A stretch of DNA of 63,147 nt, filler included, from Craspedostauros australis (lineage: Eukaryota), in assembly GCA_030167865.1 (NCBI GenBank). It is 5 parts of 5 records of this genome, joined end to end, with 100 filler letters (N's around TTAATTAATTAA, not from the genome) between each part and the next. Parts side by side here need not be neighbours in the genome. Positions count along the whole stretch, not along the records: positions 36,329 to 63,147 come from JALAGF010004218.1; 4 more parts are not named here. One strand, 5' to 3'. Below the pieces are notes generated by a model. It had not been told where the DNA came from. It saw nothing but the letters and a program-made list of their open reading frames with translations, and ran no database searches. Of the stretch, positions 51,467 to 61,553 are shown piece by piece; position 1 is the stretch's first letter, and each line of letters starts with the position of its first letter. The position numbers and the translations under genes are program-made.

Positions 51467-54016
51467 TTACTCCGTCACGGTGAATGAGATCATGGCCGTC
51501 ATTCCAGATTCCCCCATCTCCTCCACTTCGCAAAATGGCGTCGCTGTTATGCTCCACGTACCGGACCGGAATTCGAACGTCCCGAAGTCCCCGGCGATAT
51601 CACCGATCCCGCCGCTCACGTCACCGTTGCGGCCCACCCCGATGGCGATCCGTCGCACGCGCTCGCGGTCCAGATCCAGGATCTCGCTGTCGAAGTTCGT
51701 CACGGCGTCTTCGGCGGCATCGCGCGCGCACAGGTTGCTGCCTCGCACGCACGTGGCGTACGGATTGTCGCCGCATTCCGTGTCGCCGCGAAAGCAGATG
51801 CCGTCCGGCGTTTCGTCGCAGGGCAAGCCTTGATTCGTGGTCTCGGCGCAGTAGATTTCGTCGTCGTCATCGCCGCGCACGTTGGGGACTCCATCCGACA
51901 TGAAGACCATCACGTTCTCGCGGTTGGGCGGGGCGTCGTTCTCGAAGTACTCGATGGCCTTGTCGAGGCCGTCGTCGAAGTTGGTGTATCCGATCGTCAT
52001 GCCGTTCAGCTCGTCGCTATCGGCGGCGGTTCGGAAGGCGAAGAATTGGGCGAGGAGGTCGGGGTGGGGCATCGTGCCGCTGGCATCCAGCGGATCGAAG
52101 CTGCCCAAGTAGATTGCCTCCGTATCGAATGGGATCAGTCCAATATTGACGTTGGAATTGTCCAATCCAGGCGTCGCTGCGATTTCTTCGACGAAACTGA
52201 CCAGGGCGGCGATCTGCGCGTCGAGGATACTGTTGGAGATGCCGTCGTTGTTGAGGTCACCGACGCTGGTCAATGGAAGACCCCCAAGCGTACTGAAGGA
52301 CAGATCCACGACCAAAGCGACGTTAATCGGCCCGCTGTTTTCAAGGCAGACGGGGCTGTTGGGGTCGCCGCCCTCGCATCCGAGATTCTGGAACGCCTCC
52401 TGCAGGGTCTCACCGTTCCGATACTGCATTGCGTTGTTGTCGATACGGTAGAGGCCGGAGCCAACGGCGTCGACGCCTGCGACCGCGTATGGGAAGGTAT
52501 TGGAAACGGTGACGTTGGCGGTACCGCCGTCCAGGCTGGTTTCGAACCGGACGCTGCCAACACGTTCTGGCGAAGTCGCCGCTTCGACAGCGAAGTTGCT
52601 GGTGCCAGCCGATGCTGCCTCAGTGGCCAGGGAGAATGTCTCTCCATTGGTCAAGGGGCGGATGCGCATGTTGGTGTCAGCGTTGACAAGGAAGAATTCT
52701 TCCACCAACAGACTTGGCCCGTTGCACGAGGCAGTGGGCAAGAAGGATGGCACCTCGCTTATGGTTGGCGTTGGCGCCGCAGTGGGTGCGATGGTTGGGT
52801 TTCTTGTTGGTGCCAATGTCGGCGCGAGGGTTGGGTTCCTTGTTGGTGCCGATGTCGGCGCGAGAGTTGGATTCCTTGTCGGGCCCAGCGTTGGTGCTAA
52901 GGTTGTCTCGGTGGGGGGCATGGTATCGCCCATTCGTGACGGAAGGTTGCTTGGGCTGTCCGTTATGGCTGGCGTGGGGACATTGGTTGGTGCGGTCGAT
53001 GGGACGATCACTTCCTCTGTTGGTGCAAATGTCGGTGCATTTGTTGGCATGATCGTTGGCATGCCCGTGTCTCCCGTCGGCGCGTTCGTTGGCGTCATTG
53101 CCGTTGTTGGTGACAAAGTGGGGCCGTCAGTGTCAACATTTGTGGATGGCGTTGGTGCTACAGAAGCGTCCGGGTCCATGGTGATGGTGGGACTGTTGGT
53201 TGGAACCTCCGATGGAGTAGTTGGCTCTTGGATTTCTGCACAGTCATCATCGCTTGAGTTCATGCCCTTGCTTGACTTGGTGCTCTTTCGTCCGCCAGCT
53301 GGGAGATCGCCCTTGCCCTTGCCCTTACCCTTTCCTCCCTTGCCTTTGCCTTTGCCTTTGCCATCGCTGGATGATGATGATGACTTGGATGATTTTACTC
53401 TGTTGCCACCCTTGCCCATGCCCTTTCCACCTTTACCTTTGCCGCCCTTTCCTGTACTGGGGGCCGCTGGGTTATCGGTTGGTTCCTGCGTCGGCGAGTT
53501 TGTGGGAGTACAAGTGGGCAGCCCTGTCGGTTGGTCCGTCGTACCGTCGTCGTTGATGCTCGGCGCAGTTGTAGGTGTTCTCCCACCTCCTTTACCTTTG
53601 CCACCCTTCCCTTCGCTTTTGCTGCTCTTGGAGCTGCTGCCTTTGCCCTTGCCCTTGCCTCTGTTGGCATCATCGAAGACCATCGCATTGGGATCTGGGA
53701 AGAAGACGTGCACCTGTCCCTTTCCTTTTCCCTTGCCTTCATCGCTGCTGCTCGAGTCTGAGTCGCTGCTCTTCAATCGTCGGCGCACTCGGTAGGGAGA
53801 TCTGCGTGCCAAGGCATTCGGTATTATCGTAGTTGCTGACAACAGCGCGCACATGAGCAGGAAATTGAGCCATGGCCGATGCGATGCGCTGGCACGGGAT
53901 CGTTGTGGCGCATGCGCCATCGTGAGTTCGCCCTGTTGCTGCTGCTGTTGCAACGGTTGCTGCCGATGTTGCGTTTCCATGGTGGCTTGGTCAGACAATG
54001 TGCGCTTGCGGTGCAT
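51467..54016 (-). CDS. Secreted/cell-surface protein with Lys/Gly/Ser-rich blocks, a Pro/Thr stalk and a vWA domain (alternative start 53920)
   Basis: Hydrophobic signal ending NALA, then RRRL, KGKGKG and SSKSSKS blocks, APT/NPT repeats, and a MIDAS motif (DLSFS, TNF, FMSDG). Single exon. Confidence 0.88.
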   Translation of the reverse strand: MHRKRTLSDQATMETQHRQQPLQQQQQQGELTMAHAPQRSRASASHRPWLNFLLMCALLSATTIIPNALARRSPYRVRRRLKSSDSDSSSSDEGKGKGKGQVHVFFPDPNAMVFDDANRGKGKGKGSSSKSSKSEGKGGKGKGGGRTPTTAPSINDDGTTDQPTGLPTCTPTNSPTQEPTDNPAAPSTGKGGKGKGGKGMGKGGNRVKSSKSSSSSSDGKGKGKGKGGKGKGKGKGDLPAGGRKSTKSSKGMNSSDDDCAEIQEPTTPSEVPTNSPTITMDPDASVAPTPSTNVDTDGPTLSPTTAMTPTNAPTGDTGMPTIMPTNAPTFAPTEEVIVPSTAPTNVPTPAITDSPSNLPSRMGDTMPPTETTLAPTLGPTRNPTLAPTSAPTRNPTLAPTLAPTRNPTIAPTAAPTPTISEVPSFLPTASCNGPSLLVEEFFLVNADTNMRIRPLTNGETFSLATEAASAGTSNFAVEAATSPERVGSVRFETSLDGGTANVTVSNTFPYAVAGVDAVGSGLYRIDNNAMQYRNGETLQEAFQNLGCEGGDPNSPVCLENSGPINVALVVDLSFSTLGGLPLTSVGDLNNDGISNSILDAQIAALVSFVEEIAATPGLDNSNVNIGLIPFDTEAIYLGSFDPLDASGTMPHPDLLAQFFAFRTAADSDELNGMTIGYTNFDDGLDKAIEYFENDAPPNRENVMVFMSDGVPNVRGDDDDEIYCAETTNQGLPCDETPDGICFRGDTECGDNPYATCVRGSNLCARDAAEDAVTNFDSEILDLDRERVRRIAIGVGRNGDVSGGIGDIAGDFGTFEFRSGTWSITATPFCEVEEMGESGMTAMISFTVTE
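52780..52900 (-). repeat. 36-nt coding tandem repeat (PTRNPTLAPTxA) x~3
   Basis: Visible in both the DNA and the translation. Confidence 0.8.
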
Positions 54017-56050
54017 GCTGCAAATGAGACGTAATAGCGATTGCTCACTCCAGTCTCAACACTCTATTCTGCTGTCTTCTCTTGTCAATGTGGATCTCTT
54101 GGTTGCTTTGATGCCTTGCTATGATGCTTACAATATGAAGAATGACCGCCTTGATGCTCTTGCTTGTTGTGTTGGTTGTCTTGTCTTTGCATTTCGAGGT
54201 CTTAACGCCTTCGTCTTTTCTACTACTACTACTGTCGCTTGTGATTGAGAAGACAGTCACCTTTCGGATCAGAGTGCGAGTAGAGAAGTAAGTAGAGCGG
54301 AGTGAGGTTGTCGGCATGGTCGCTGCTGCCAGAGTGGCACCGTTTGTCGATGATGGTTACAACTTGTGAATCCATCATCACAAGTTTGTTGTGTTTTTGC
54401 ACCAAAAAATGAAACCAAACTCCCCCTCGATCAGTTACATAGCGAAATATAACGGCCCGACATGTCGGAGTGACGCTGTTTTTTGGTCTGTTGAGTCAAA
54501 TTTGGCGCAACGGTCGAATGATTTCAAAACCGAGATGATTTAACGTCTTCAAATAACGTCACACACGCAACAAACAAACGAACCGTCACGAAACCGAGGT
54601 GAAAATGGATAGTTGTCGTTCCGACCCGACATGGAGCACCGCAGGTGATCTCCTCATCGACGCCGTGAATCAATGTGCGCGGTAGATTCGCGCCAGTTTT
54701 GATTGACCAGTTGTGTCTGGCAGAGTAGATCGTACTGTGCAGTTGCACTTTGACACGGCCTGAGAGGAGAGTTTGTTTGGATTGGTACTCTGTAGCAGAG
54801 TGGAGTCGACACGATTGGAGCAATTGGAATTGATCGAGTTGGATTGATCTGTTCCATCCATCCTTTCTCCCTCTCTTGCAAAGACGAGCGAATGCTTGTT
54901 CATCCACAATGAATCTTCCAACTGCAACCTTGCAAACTCGCAACGAATCAGAATCAAAGTGGAGCAAATGAAATTCAGAAAGACCAGCTAGAGCAGAGGG
55001 ATACACTTTGGAGGCTGGACAAGGCAAGCTCCACCTGCCGAACAAGACGAAGGCGGAGGAACGGCATCTCTCCTTCATGGAGTTGCTCTGTGGCATGGCA
55101 CTCCGACTCTGCCAACAGCACGAACCACGTAGGTTAGGAAGCATCGACGGTGGAAGAACGGCTGAGACTATTCATCGATGAGTGCGGAACGGCGGTGACA
55201 CACCTGTTTCCGTGATCTAACCCAAGATCGGTGAAAGAACTCAACATGATGACTTGGGGAAACGCTGCCGATGTCACAAAGGTAAACTATCCTGCGATAC
55301 AAAGACATGCGCTCCCTCCTGTTGGCAACAGCCAACCTCATTCTAGAATATGATGCACAACGACCGTTGGACAAAGTTTCAAAGTGGCATGATCTATTTT
55401 TGTGGCAAGGTGTGTGTGAAAGACGGTATTGATCGCGGTTGTGACGAAATGGTTTGGTCTTGGTTGTTGCTTGTGTGGTCGTTGGCAATGTCGTCACGCT
55501 TGCGTTCTTCGAAAGTGTCTATGTGACATAATAAAGAGTCACAAGGCATATCGTTGGAACAAGCACTAGATAAATAACTATCGCTCCCAACAGATTCTCG
55601 CATGCGAAAGATGCACGACGACATGCGTGCGACAGATTGACATAATAGGTATTCGTCTTGAGACTCGTGTCCGTGATTCGACAAACGGCATCCTTGCACG
55701 CAAATGGTGGTTGAAATGGTGGATTCTAAATGACGCAATAGGGCATAATTAAGGAACGACAACACGAATAGAAGGGCTATTTAACGAAGACTACAGGCCG
55801 ACGTTATTTCCTCAAAAGAAGCGGAGTTCGTTGTCGTTTGCCAATTGGTCCTGTGCTTGTGCGATTGTGCGGGTTTGTGCAACTGTTGTTTCACGCGGTA
55901 TGACTGCGCGCAATGGCGAAACCGAGAGCGCGGTTGTGTGGTTTGGTACGTGCGAGGTTGTGTGAGTTTTCATGGCGTTGTGTGCGATTGTGGCTCTTTC
56001 GCGATAACCAACACATACAAAGCCATCCTGAGAGCAGGAAGTGCAGACAT

Positions 56051-56079
56051 ACCAAAGCACACCAAAGCACACCAAAGCA
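56051..56079 (+). repeat. Tandem 10-mer (ACCAAAGCAC) x3
   Basis: Read directly from the sequence. Confidence 0.85.
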
Positions 56080-56392
56080 TCCCACACCACAGCATACAAA
56101 TACGAGTGGCGCACGTTGCAGATATCAACACCAACACCATTGCCTACGCAAGCAAGCAAACAAAGAGAGCGAAGCATCCAACAAGAAGAAGGAAGGCACA
56201 GCAACCCTCGTCCCGCCATTGATCGGCATTGATCATTTGGTTGGCGCGAAAGTTGATATTATTACACAGTATAGTATTATACAGGCGAAGGATTCACTGC
56301 TTGTGCCGGTCTGCCTCATTGTTGGCGCCAACTGAGGTGCTCTCAGCTATACCATACAATACCATACTATACTCTCCTGCTTCTTCCCATCT

Positions 56393-56430
56393 TTGATTGA
56401 TTGATTGATAGAGAGAGAGAGAGAGAGAGA
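56393..56430 (+). repeat. Compound microsatellite (TTGA)n(AG)n immediately 5' of the ATG at 56433
   Basis: Read directly from the sequence. Confidence 0.85.
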
Positions 56431-56432
56431 CG

Positions 56433-59400
56433 ATGTCCAACCTAACATACAGCATCTTCGAAGACAACAACGCGGGCGACGATGTGAAGCAGCACACGCA
56501 CCAGCGACTGCAGTTCCAGCTGCGCTTTCAGCAGAGGCTGACCAGCCACTCTGCTCATGGCAGACCTCAGCGCAGCAAGAACAACAGCAAGGACAGCAAG
56601 AACGGCAAGAACAAGCATCGCAGACGCAGCAAGCGACGATCCACCGGAGATATCGTCTCTCCTCCGCGGCTTTTCAAGAGTATCAGCAAGAACAAGAGTA
56701 TCAGCAAGAGCAGTGGCAAGAGCAGTGGAAAGAGCAGTGGCAAGAACAAGAACAATGGCAAGAAGAAGAGGAACATCGGCATGATGAACGCCGCAGCCAT
56801 GAAGCATGCGCACAACAGTGGCAGCAACTTCAGCACCAGCACGGCCGTGACTGCAGGCACCAGCCACAGCGATGAGGACTTCCTCTTCCATGCGGCTGCC
56901 TATGCTCAGAATCGCCATGTTCCCATTCCTGTTCCTGCTGCTCTCAGTCAAGATGGTGATGATGTTGTTCATGATGATGTCTATGATGATGAGTGCGGCT
57001 CTAGCAGCGACAACTGCAACAGCAATAGCGACACCAACACCAACAGCAGCTCGGAAGAGAGCACTTCGGAGGACACCTTCAAGCTCTACAGCAGCGACGA
57101 CACCGACAGCTCCGATGGAATGGACAACCAGCACAGAGCCTCCACAGCAAAGGAAGCCAAGGACCAGAAGAACGACCACAACAGCCACAACAACCACAAC
57201 AACAGCAGCAACAACAAGAACAAGAAGTCCAAGCTCAGGTCCTCCTACTACGAACGCGCGCACAACCTCTACAACGTGCATCGCTCCAACGCCATCCGAG
57301 CATCGATCGCCTATCAGCACAGCGAGGCCACCGCTGCCACCACTGCCACCAACGGAGGCGTCATCCACCAGCCCAGCAGATCCGTGCCGCGCAAGTCATC
57401 GCTCAAGAGACCGTCGTCCATCACGCCCTCCATCACGCCGTCCATCACGCCTTCCGCCATCCAATCGCCGAGCACCAACAGCACCTCATCCAGCCACAGC
57501 TTCGCCAGCACGCCGCCCATCAGCCCGCTCAACTCGCACCGCAAGGGCTTCCGCTACACGGATCCCAGCACCACCCTGCAAGCGCAATCGCCGGCGCGTG
57601 ACGAGAAGTCCCTCAGAGACGTCCTGGCGCAGAGGACGTCGATCCGAGATCTGCTGCAGGCCACGGGCATGGCGCAGCATGTTCTGGACAATGCACCGCC
57701 CAACCCGCCCGCCATGAACTCCATCCCGGAGCGTCCCTCCATGAGCAGCGACGGCAGCACTCAGCAGTCCTCCACACAAACGCCAATGCCGGAACATGGA
57801 CATCGTCAGGTTGCGCCCGTCGTCGACATTCGACGCGAGCCTGGCGTCACGGATAGCGACAGCGACGACAGCGAGGCGGGTTGGACCTTTGCGGATGACA
57901 CCACCAGGTACAACAAGACAACTCCCCCGCGCCCCAAGACGCCCACCAAGGCGCAACAGGAACAGGACGATTCCATCTTCGTCGTGCAGAATCGTCAGGA
58001 CTCCATATCGCCCCTCACCACCAGGAAGCAATCAGCGGCATCCATGGCGGACAGCAGCTTCGGTTCGGGTGTCGAGCGTGCTCTCAGGGAAGCTCTCGCG
58101 GAGGTCCTCGCCATGGAACAGCAACAGCAGCAGCAACTGCAGCAGCCCCGCAAGCGATTCACTCGGACATCGGCCTCCGCGTCGCCTCGCACCTTGACGC
58201 CGACGAGGCAGCTGTCGCCCGCATTGCACGCACCCTCCAACACCATCATCGAGAATCTGCCGCTCGCATTCTCGGAACACGCAAAGTCGCCGGTCAGCAG
58301 CGAGCAGAGCATGACGCCCAGCGCCCTCAAGGCCAACAGCGCCCACACCAACGCTCCCAACGGCATGTCAAACAACAGCAACAGCATGTCGCAGTTCTAC
58401 ATGTCCTTCGCCACCGAGGATGCCAAGGCCGCCGTCACGCGCACCACCACTACCACAACGACAACGACCACCGTCTACGAGGATGCCATCCCGCATCAGA
58501 TCGGCCGTTCCGATTCCTTCCGCAGCATGGTCTCCGAAGTCACCCTGCCCTGGGAGATGCTGGGTTACAACCCGGTCAGCTCCTCCAACTTTATGGGCAC
58601 CGGACCGCTCAACCATGAAAGTCGCATCCCCTCCTCCTCCAATCACGATGACCGTCCCTTCATCCAGCCGCGCCGCACGTCCAACCTCATCTTCGACCCC
58701 TCCAAGTCGCCGCGGCGATTCTTTTCGCCCTTCACGCCCAGCAAGCGGCGCTCCTTGATTGGAAACTTCGCAGCGCAGCGGTCCAAGTCGCCGGTGCCCA
58801 CCCAATCCTTCTTCCCCAACAGCTTCCCGGATGCCTCATCGGTTCATCAAACGCCGGTGCCAACCGGCATTCGCTACTTCGATCCCAGCTCCGTGTCGCC
58901 CTTGCCGCAAACGCCGTCGCTGGATCCCAGCCTTCGCACGCCGGGTGGCAGACTCTCCGTCGCCAATATCCTGCACAAAAATAAGGGTTCCATGCCATCG
59001 GCGCCCATGTCGGCCGGATCAACGCCCCTTCGCGCGCCGTCGTTGGGACCATCCCTATCACCAAACAAGTACAACCGCAGAAGGGTGCGCACCAACGCGG
59101 AGGCATCGCCGATGCCCATCTTCTTCCCCACCAACACGCCCTCCGCACATAGACGCCGTTCCTTCCACCGCATGCAGAGCGTCAAGGAATCGGCCTTGGA
59201 AACGTCGCCGGCCGTGCGCACCGACACGCATCCCTCCAAGGATGTCACGCGGCGTGCTAGCAGATTCAGCATGCCGCTGCCCAAGCGCGCTTCCATCGCA
59301 TCCAACGAACACAGCATCGAGGATCAGTTCGTGCGTCCACCCACGCGTCAGCTCTCGAATGCGTCATCGACATCCAGCAACAGCAGCTTCGTCATGTCGC

Positions 59401-61346
59401 AGACGCGCAAGCCATTCGCGTTGCCTATCCAACCGCCGCCCCTCTTCAACGCATCGTTGCATGACAGCGACAACATGACCGATGCGACGCCCATCCTGCC
59501 CACGCGACAAACGTCGTCGAACAGCATGCGATCGACATCGTTCGCGATGTCATCGCAGCGCAGCAACTATTCCAGCTCGGTCGACGAGGAGCACATCATG
59601 AACGACGAGGATGACGAGATGCTGCGGAGTCTCGATTCCGGTGACGACGATGAACAACCGCACATGAAGGTGCCAACCCGCATCGTCGATTACAGCAGCA
59701 CGGACGAAGACGAAAGCTTTTCGGGACACACGCATCGTGAATTCCATCGTCAAAGCACGGAAAGTATGCCCACCTTGGTGTCCGTGCGCAGTACGGATGA
59801 GGAGTACGAAGATGATGATCATACCTCGCCGCAACAGCATGGCACCATTCCGGAAGATGAAGAATACATCGAAGAATCGGATCCGCACTACGACGAGTAT
59901 GGTGACGACGACTATTCGGATTACAGCGACGAACACGAATATTACAGAGACGAAGATGAGTATGCTGATCTTGACGACGCTCGTGTTGATGACGAGGAGT
60001 CGCCATATCGCTCGAATGAACAACACTCGTTGCGATCGGATGACGAGCAATCGTTTTACACCGATGATGGTTCCATCTCGCTGAACCTCGAGAGGCAGTG
60101 CATCGATACCATGCTGACGGCGTCGCGAGAGCTGAAGGTCTCCTCCTCTCGCCGTCGCTATCAGTCGGAACGTCAATTGAATGCGGTCATGCCATCTCCG
60201 ATCCTCCCAGTGCGTCACACCTCTTTGGATTCTACCTTTCTGCGACGCAAGCAGCAGGAGGAACGACATCGGGCGGATCATGAAAATGTCGCTCGATTCA
60301 TGGGTCGCACTCCCGTCGTCGATAACCGAACATCCACACGCAGCGTGACGAACAGCTTGGAAGGCAGCATCGAGGATCTGGAGAATCCAGCGCTGCCGTT
60401 GACCGACGACGAGGATGACTACGATGTCGAGAATCACGAGGAGGCAACGATGAACCAGTCGGAGATGGAACCGACCCGTCGCCTCTCCAAGAACCATGAG
60501 AGCTTCTCTGCGCATGCCGATGAGATCGCTGTTCGAGATCCGTCTTCCCGAAGCGTGAAGCGCGCAAGTTCCAAGGGATCGATCATTGACAAGCCAATGA
60601 GCCGGAGATCATCCAAGGGCTTCACGCCCATCTTCAACAAAAGTCAACGATCCCTCAGCAGTCAGAACTCGCAGGAAAGCCGCCTCTCCAAACCGGGTTC
60701 CTCCTCCAACATCCAGATCATCGCCCCCGCATCCATTCGTTTGAACAAACCCTCTTCCAGCAAGCGCACCATCACTAGTCGATTCCTCAAGAAGAGCGGC
60801 AGCAGCAAGCGACGCAACAAGAAGAAGAGCAGGGAGAGCAGGACCCAGCGTGAAAAGCGCGTGCAGCAACTAGAGACCATCGAAAGTGACGATGAGAAGG
60901 AGATCCTCTTCAACGGCCACAACTTTGCGGAATCGGTCGTCCTTGACAAGAGGCCTCTGTCGAAGGAACAACAAGTGCACAAGGCTATATCATCCTCCAG
61001 CTTGCGACAGGCAGGATCCTACCGCGTGAAGCATCACCCCAAGGCCATCACGTACGTTGTTGATGGCAAGACCACCACGGCGCGCGGATACTACTCCGGA
61101 CCGCTCAATTCGGATCACAAGATGCACGGCAACGGTATGTTCTGGTTCCTCACGGGAAGCCTGTACTTGGGCGAGTTCCGCGAAGACATGCTGCAGGGTG
61201 CTGGCGCGTTGTCTATCATGCTCGACGAACCGACAGCCAGCGGCAAGAACAAGGCCATGCTGCGCGGGTACTTCTACGAGAACGAATACATCGGCGAAGA
61301 AGAATCATTCCGAAAGATGAAAATGGGAAGAAGAGCCAAAACATGA
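56433..61346 (+). CDS. 1637-aa low-complexity protein with C-terminal MORN-like repeats
   Basis: Uninterrupted ORF rich in Ser, Pro, Asp and Arg. C-terminal YSGPLNSDHKMHGNGMFWFLTGSLYLGEFREDMLQGAG matches the MORN pattern YxGxxxxxxxHGxG. Confidence 0.85.
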   Translation: MSNLTYSIFEDNNAGDDVKQHTHQRLQFQLRFQQRLTSHSAHGRPQRSKNNSKDSKNGKNKHRRRSKRRSTGDIVSPPRLFKSISKNKSISKSSGKSSGKSSGKNKNNGKKKRNIGMMNAAAMKHAHNSGSNFSTSTAVTAGTSHSDEDFLFHAAAYAQNRHVPIPVPAALSQDGDDVVHDDVYDDECGSSSDNCNSNSDTNTNSSSEESTSEDTFKLYSSDDTDSSDGMDNQHRASTAKEAKDQKNDHNSHNNHNNSSNNKNKKSKLRSSYYERAHNLYNVHRSNAIRASIAYQHSEATAATTATNGGVIHQPSRSVPRKSSLKRPSSITPSITPSITPSAIQSPSTNSTSSSHSFASTPPISPLNSHRKGFRYTDPSTTLQAQSPARDEKSLRDVLAQRTSIRDLLQATGMAQHVLDNAPPNPPAMNSIPERPSMSSDGSTQQSSTQTPMPEHGHRQVAPVVDIRREPGVTDSDSDDSEAGWTFADDTTRYNKTTPPRPKTPTKAQQEQDDSIFVVQNRQDSISPLTTRKQSAASMADSSFGSGVERALREALAEVLAMEQQQQQQLQQPRKRFTRTSASASPRTLTPTRQLSPALHAPSNTIIENLPLAFSEHAKSPVSSEQSMTPSALKANSAHTNAPNGMSNNSNSMSQFYMSFATEDAKAAVTRTTTTTTTTTTVYEDAIPHQIGRSDSFRSMVSEVTLPWEMLGYNPVSSSNFMGTGPLNHESRIPSSSNHDDRPFIQPRRTSNLIFDPSKSPRRFFSPFTPSKRRSLIGNFAAQRSKSPVPTQSFFPNSFPDASSVHQTPVPTGIRYFDPSSVSPLPQTPSLDPSLRTPGGRLSVANILHKNKGSMPSAPMSAGSTPLRAPSLGPSLSPNKYNRRRVRTNAEASPMPIFFPTNTPSAHRRRSFHRMQSVKESALETSPAVRTDTHPSKDVTRRASRFSMPLPKRASIASNEHSIEDQFVRPPTRQLSNASSTSSNSSFVMSQTRKPFALPIQPPPLFNASLHDSDNMTDATPILPTRQTSSNSMRSTSFAMSSQRSNYSSSVDEEHIMNDEDDEMLRSLDSGDDDEQPHMKVPTRIVDYSSTDEDESFSGHTHREFHRQSTESMPTLVSVRSTDEEYEDDDHTSPQQHGTIPEDEEYIEESDPHYDEYGDDDYSDYSDEHEYYRDEDEYADLDDARVDDEESPYRSNEQHSLRSDDEQSFYTDDGSISLNLERQCIDTMLTASRELKVSSSRRRYQSERQLNAVMPSPILPVRHTSLDSTFLRRKQQEERHRADHENVARFMGRTPVVDNRTSTRSVTNSLEGSIEDLENPALPLTDDEDDYDVENHEEATMNQSEMEPTRRLSKNHESFSAHADEIAVRDPSSRSVKRASSKGSIIDKPMSRRSSKGFTPIFNKSQRSLSSQNSQESRLSKPGSSSNIQIIAPASIRLNKPSSSKRTITSRFLKKSGSSKRRNKKKSRESRTQREKRVQQLETIESDDEKEILFNGHNFAESVVLDKRPLSKEQQVHKAISSSSLRQAGSYRVKHHPKAITYVVDGKTTTARGYYSGPLNSDHKMHGNGMFWFLTGSLYLGEFREDMLQGAGALSIMLDEPTASGKNKAMLRGYFYENEYIGEEESFRKMKMGRRAKT

Positions 61347-61553
61347 TGTGGTTTAAGATGACGTAACATGATGAACAGTTTTGAAATTGCATTCGACCTA
61401 CTATATGTATGGCTCCGAGTTGGGTGCTTGTATGTATTGCGCAAGAGTGTGAATCTCATCATTGATGATTGTACTTTTACTGGTTACTATTCATGTAGTT
61501 GTGTTTTGCCGAATTGCAGTGGCTTCGGTTGGTGGATGGCTTGCTCCAACACC

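Noticed and set aside
52500..53795. 431-aa plus-strand Val/Gly/Leu/Pro ORF
   Set aside because: It is the antisense shadow of the Pro/Thr and Lys/Gly repeats.
54017..56432. 2.4-kb divergent intergenic region with short ORFs
   Set aside because: No motif, terminal repeat or RNA-gene structure was recognised; only microsatellites.
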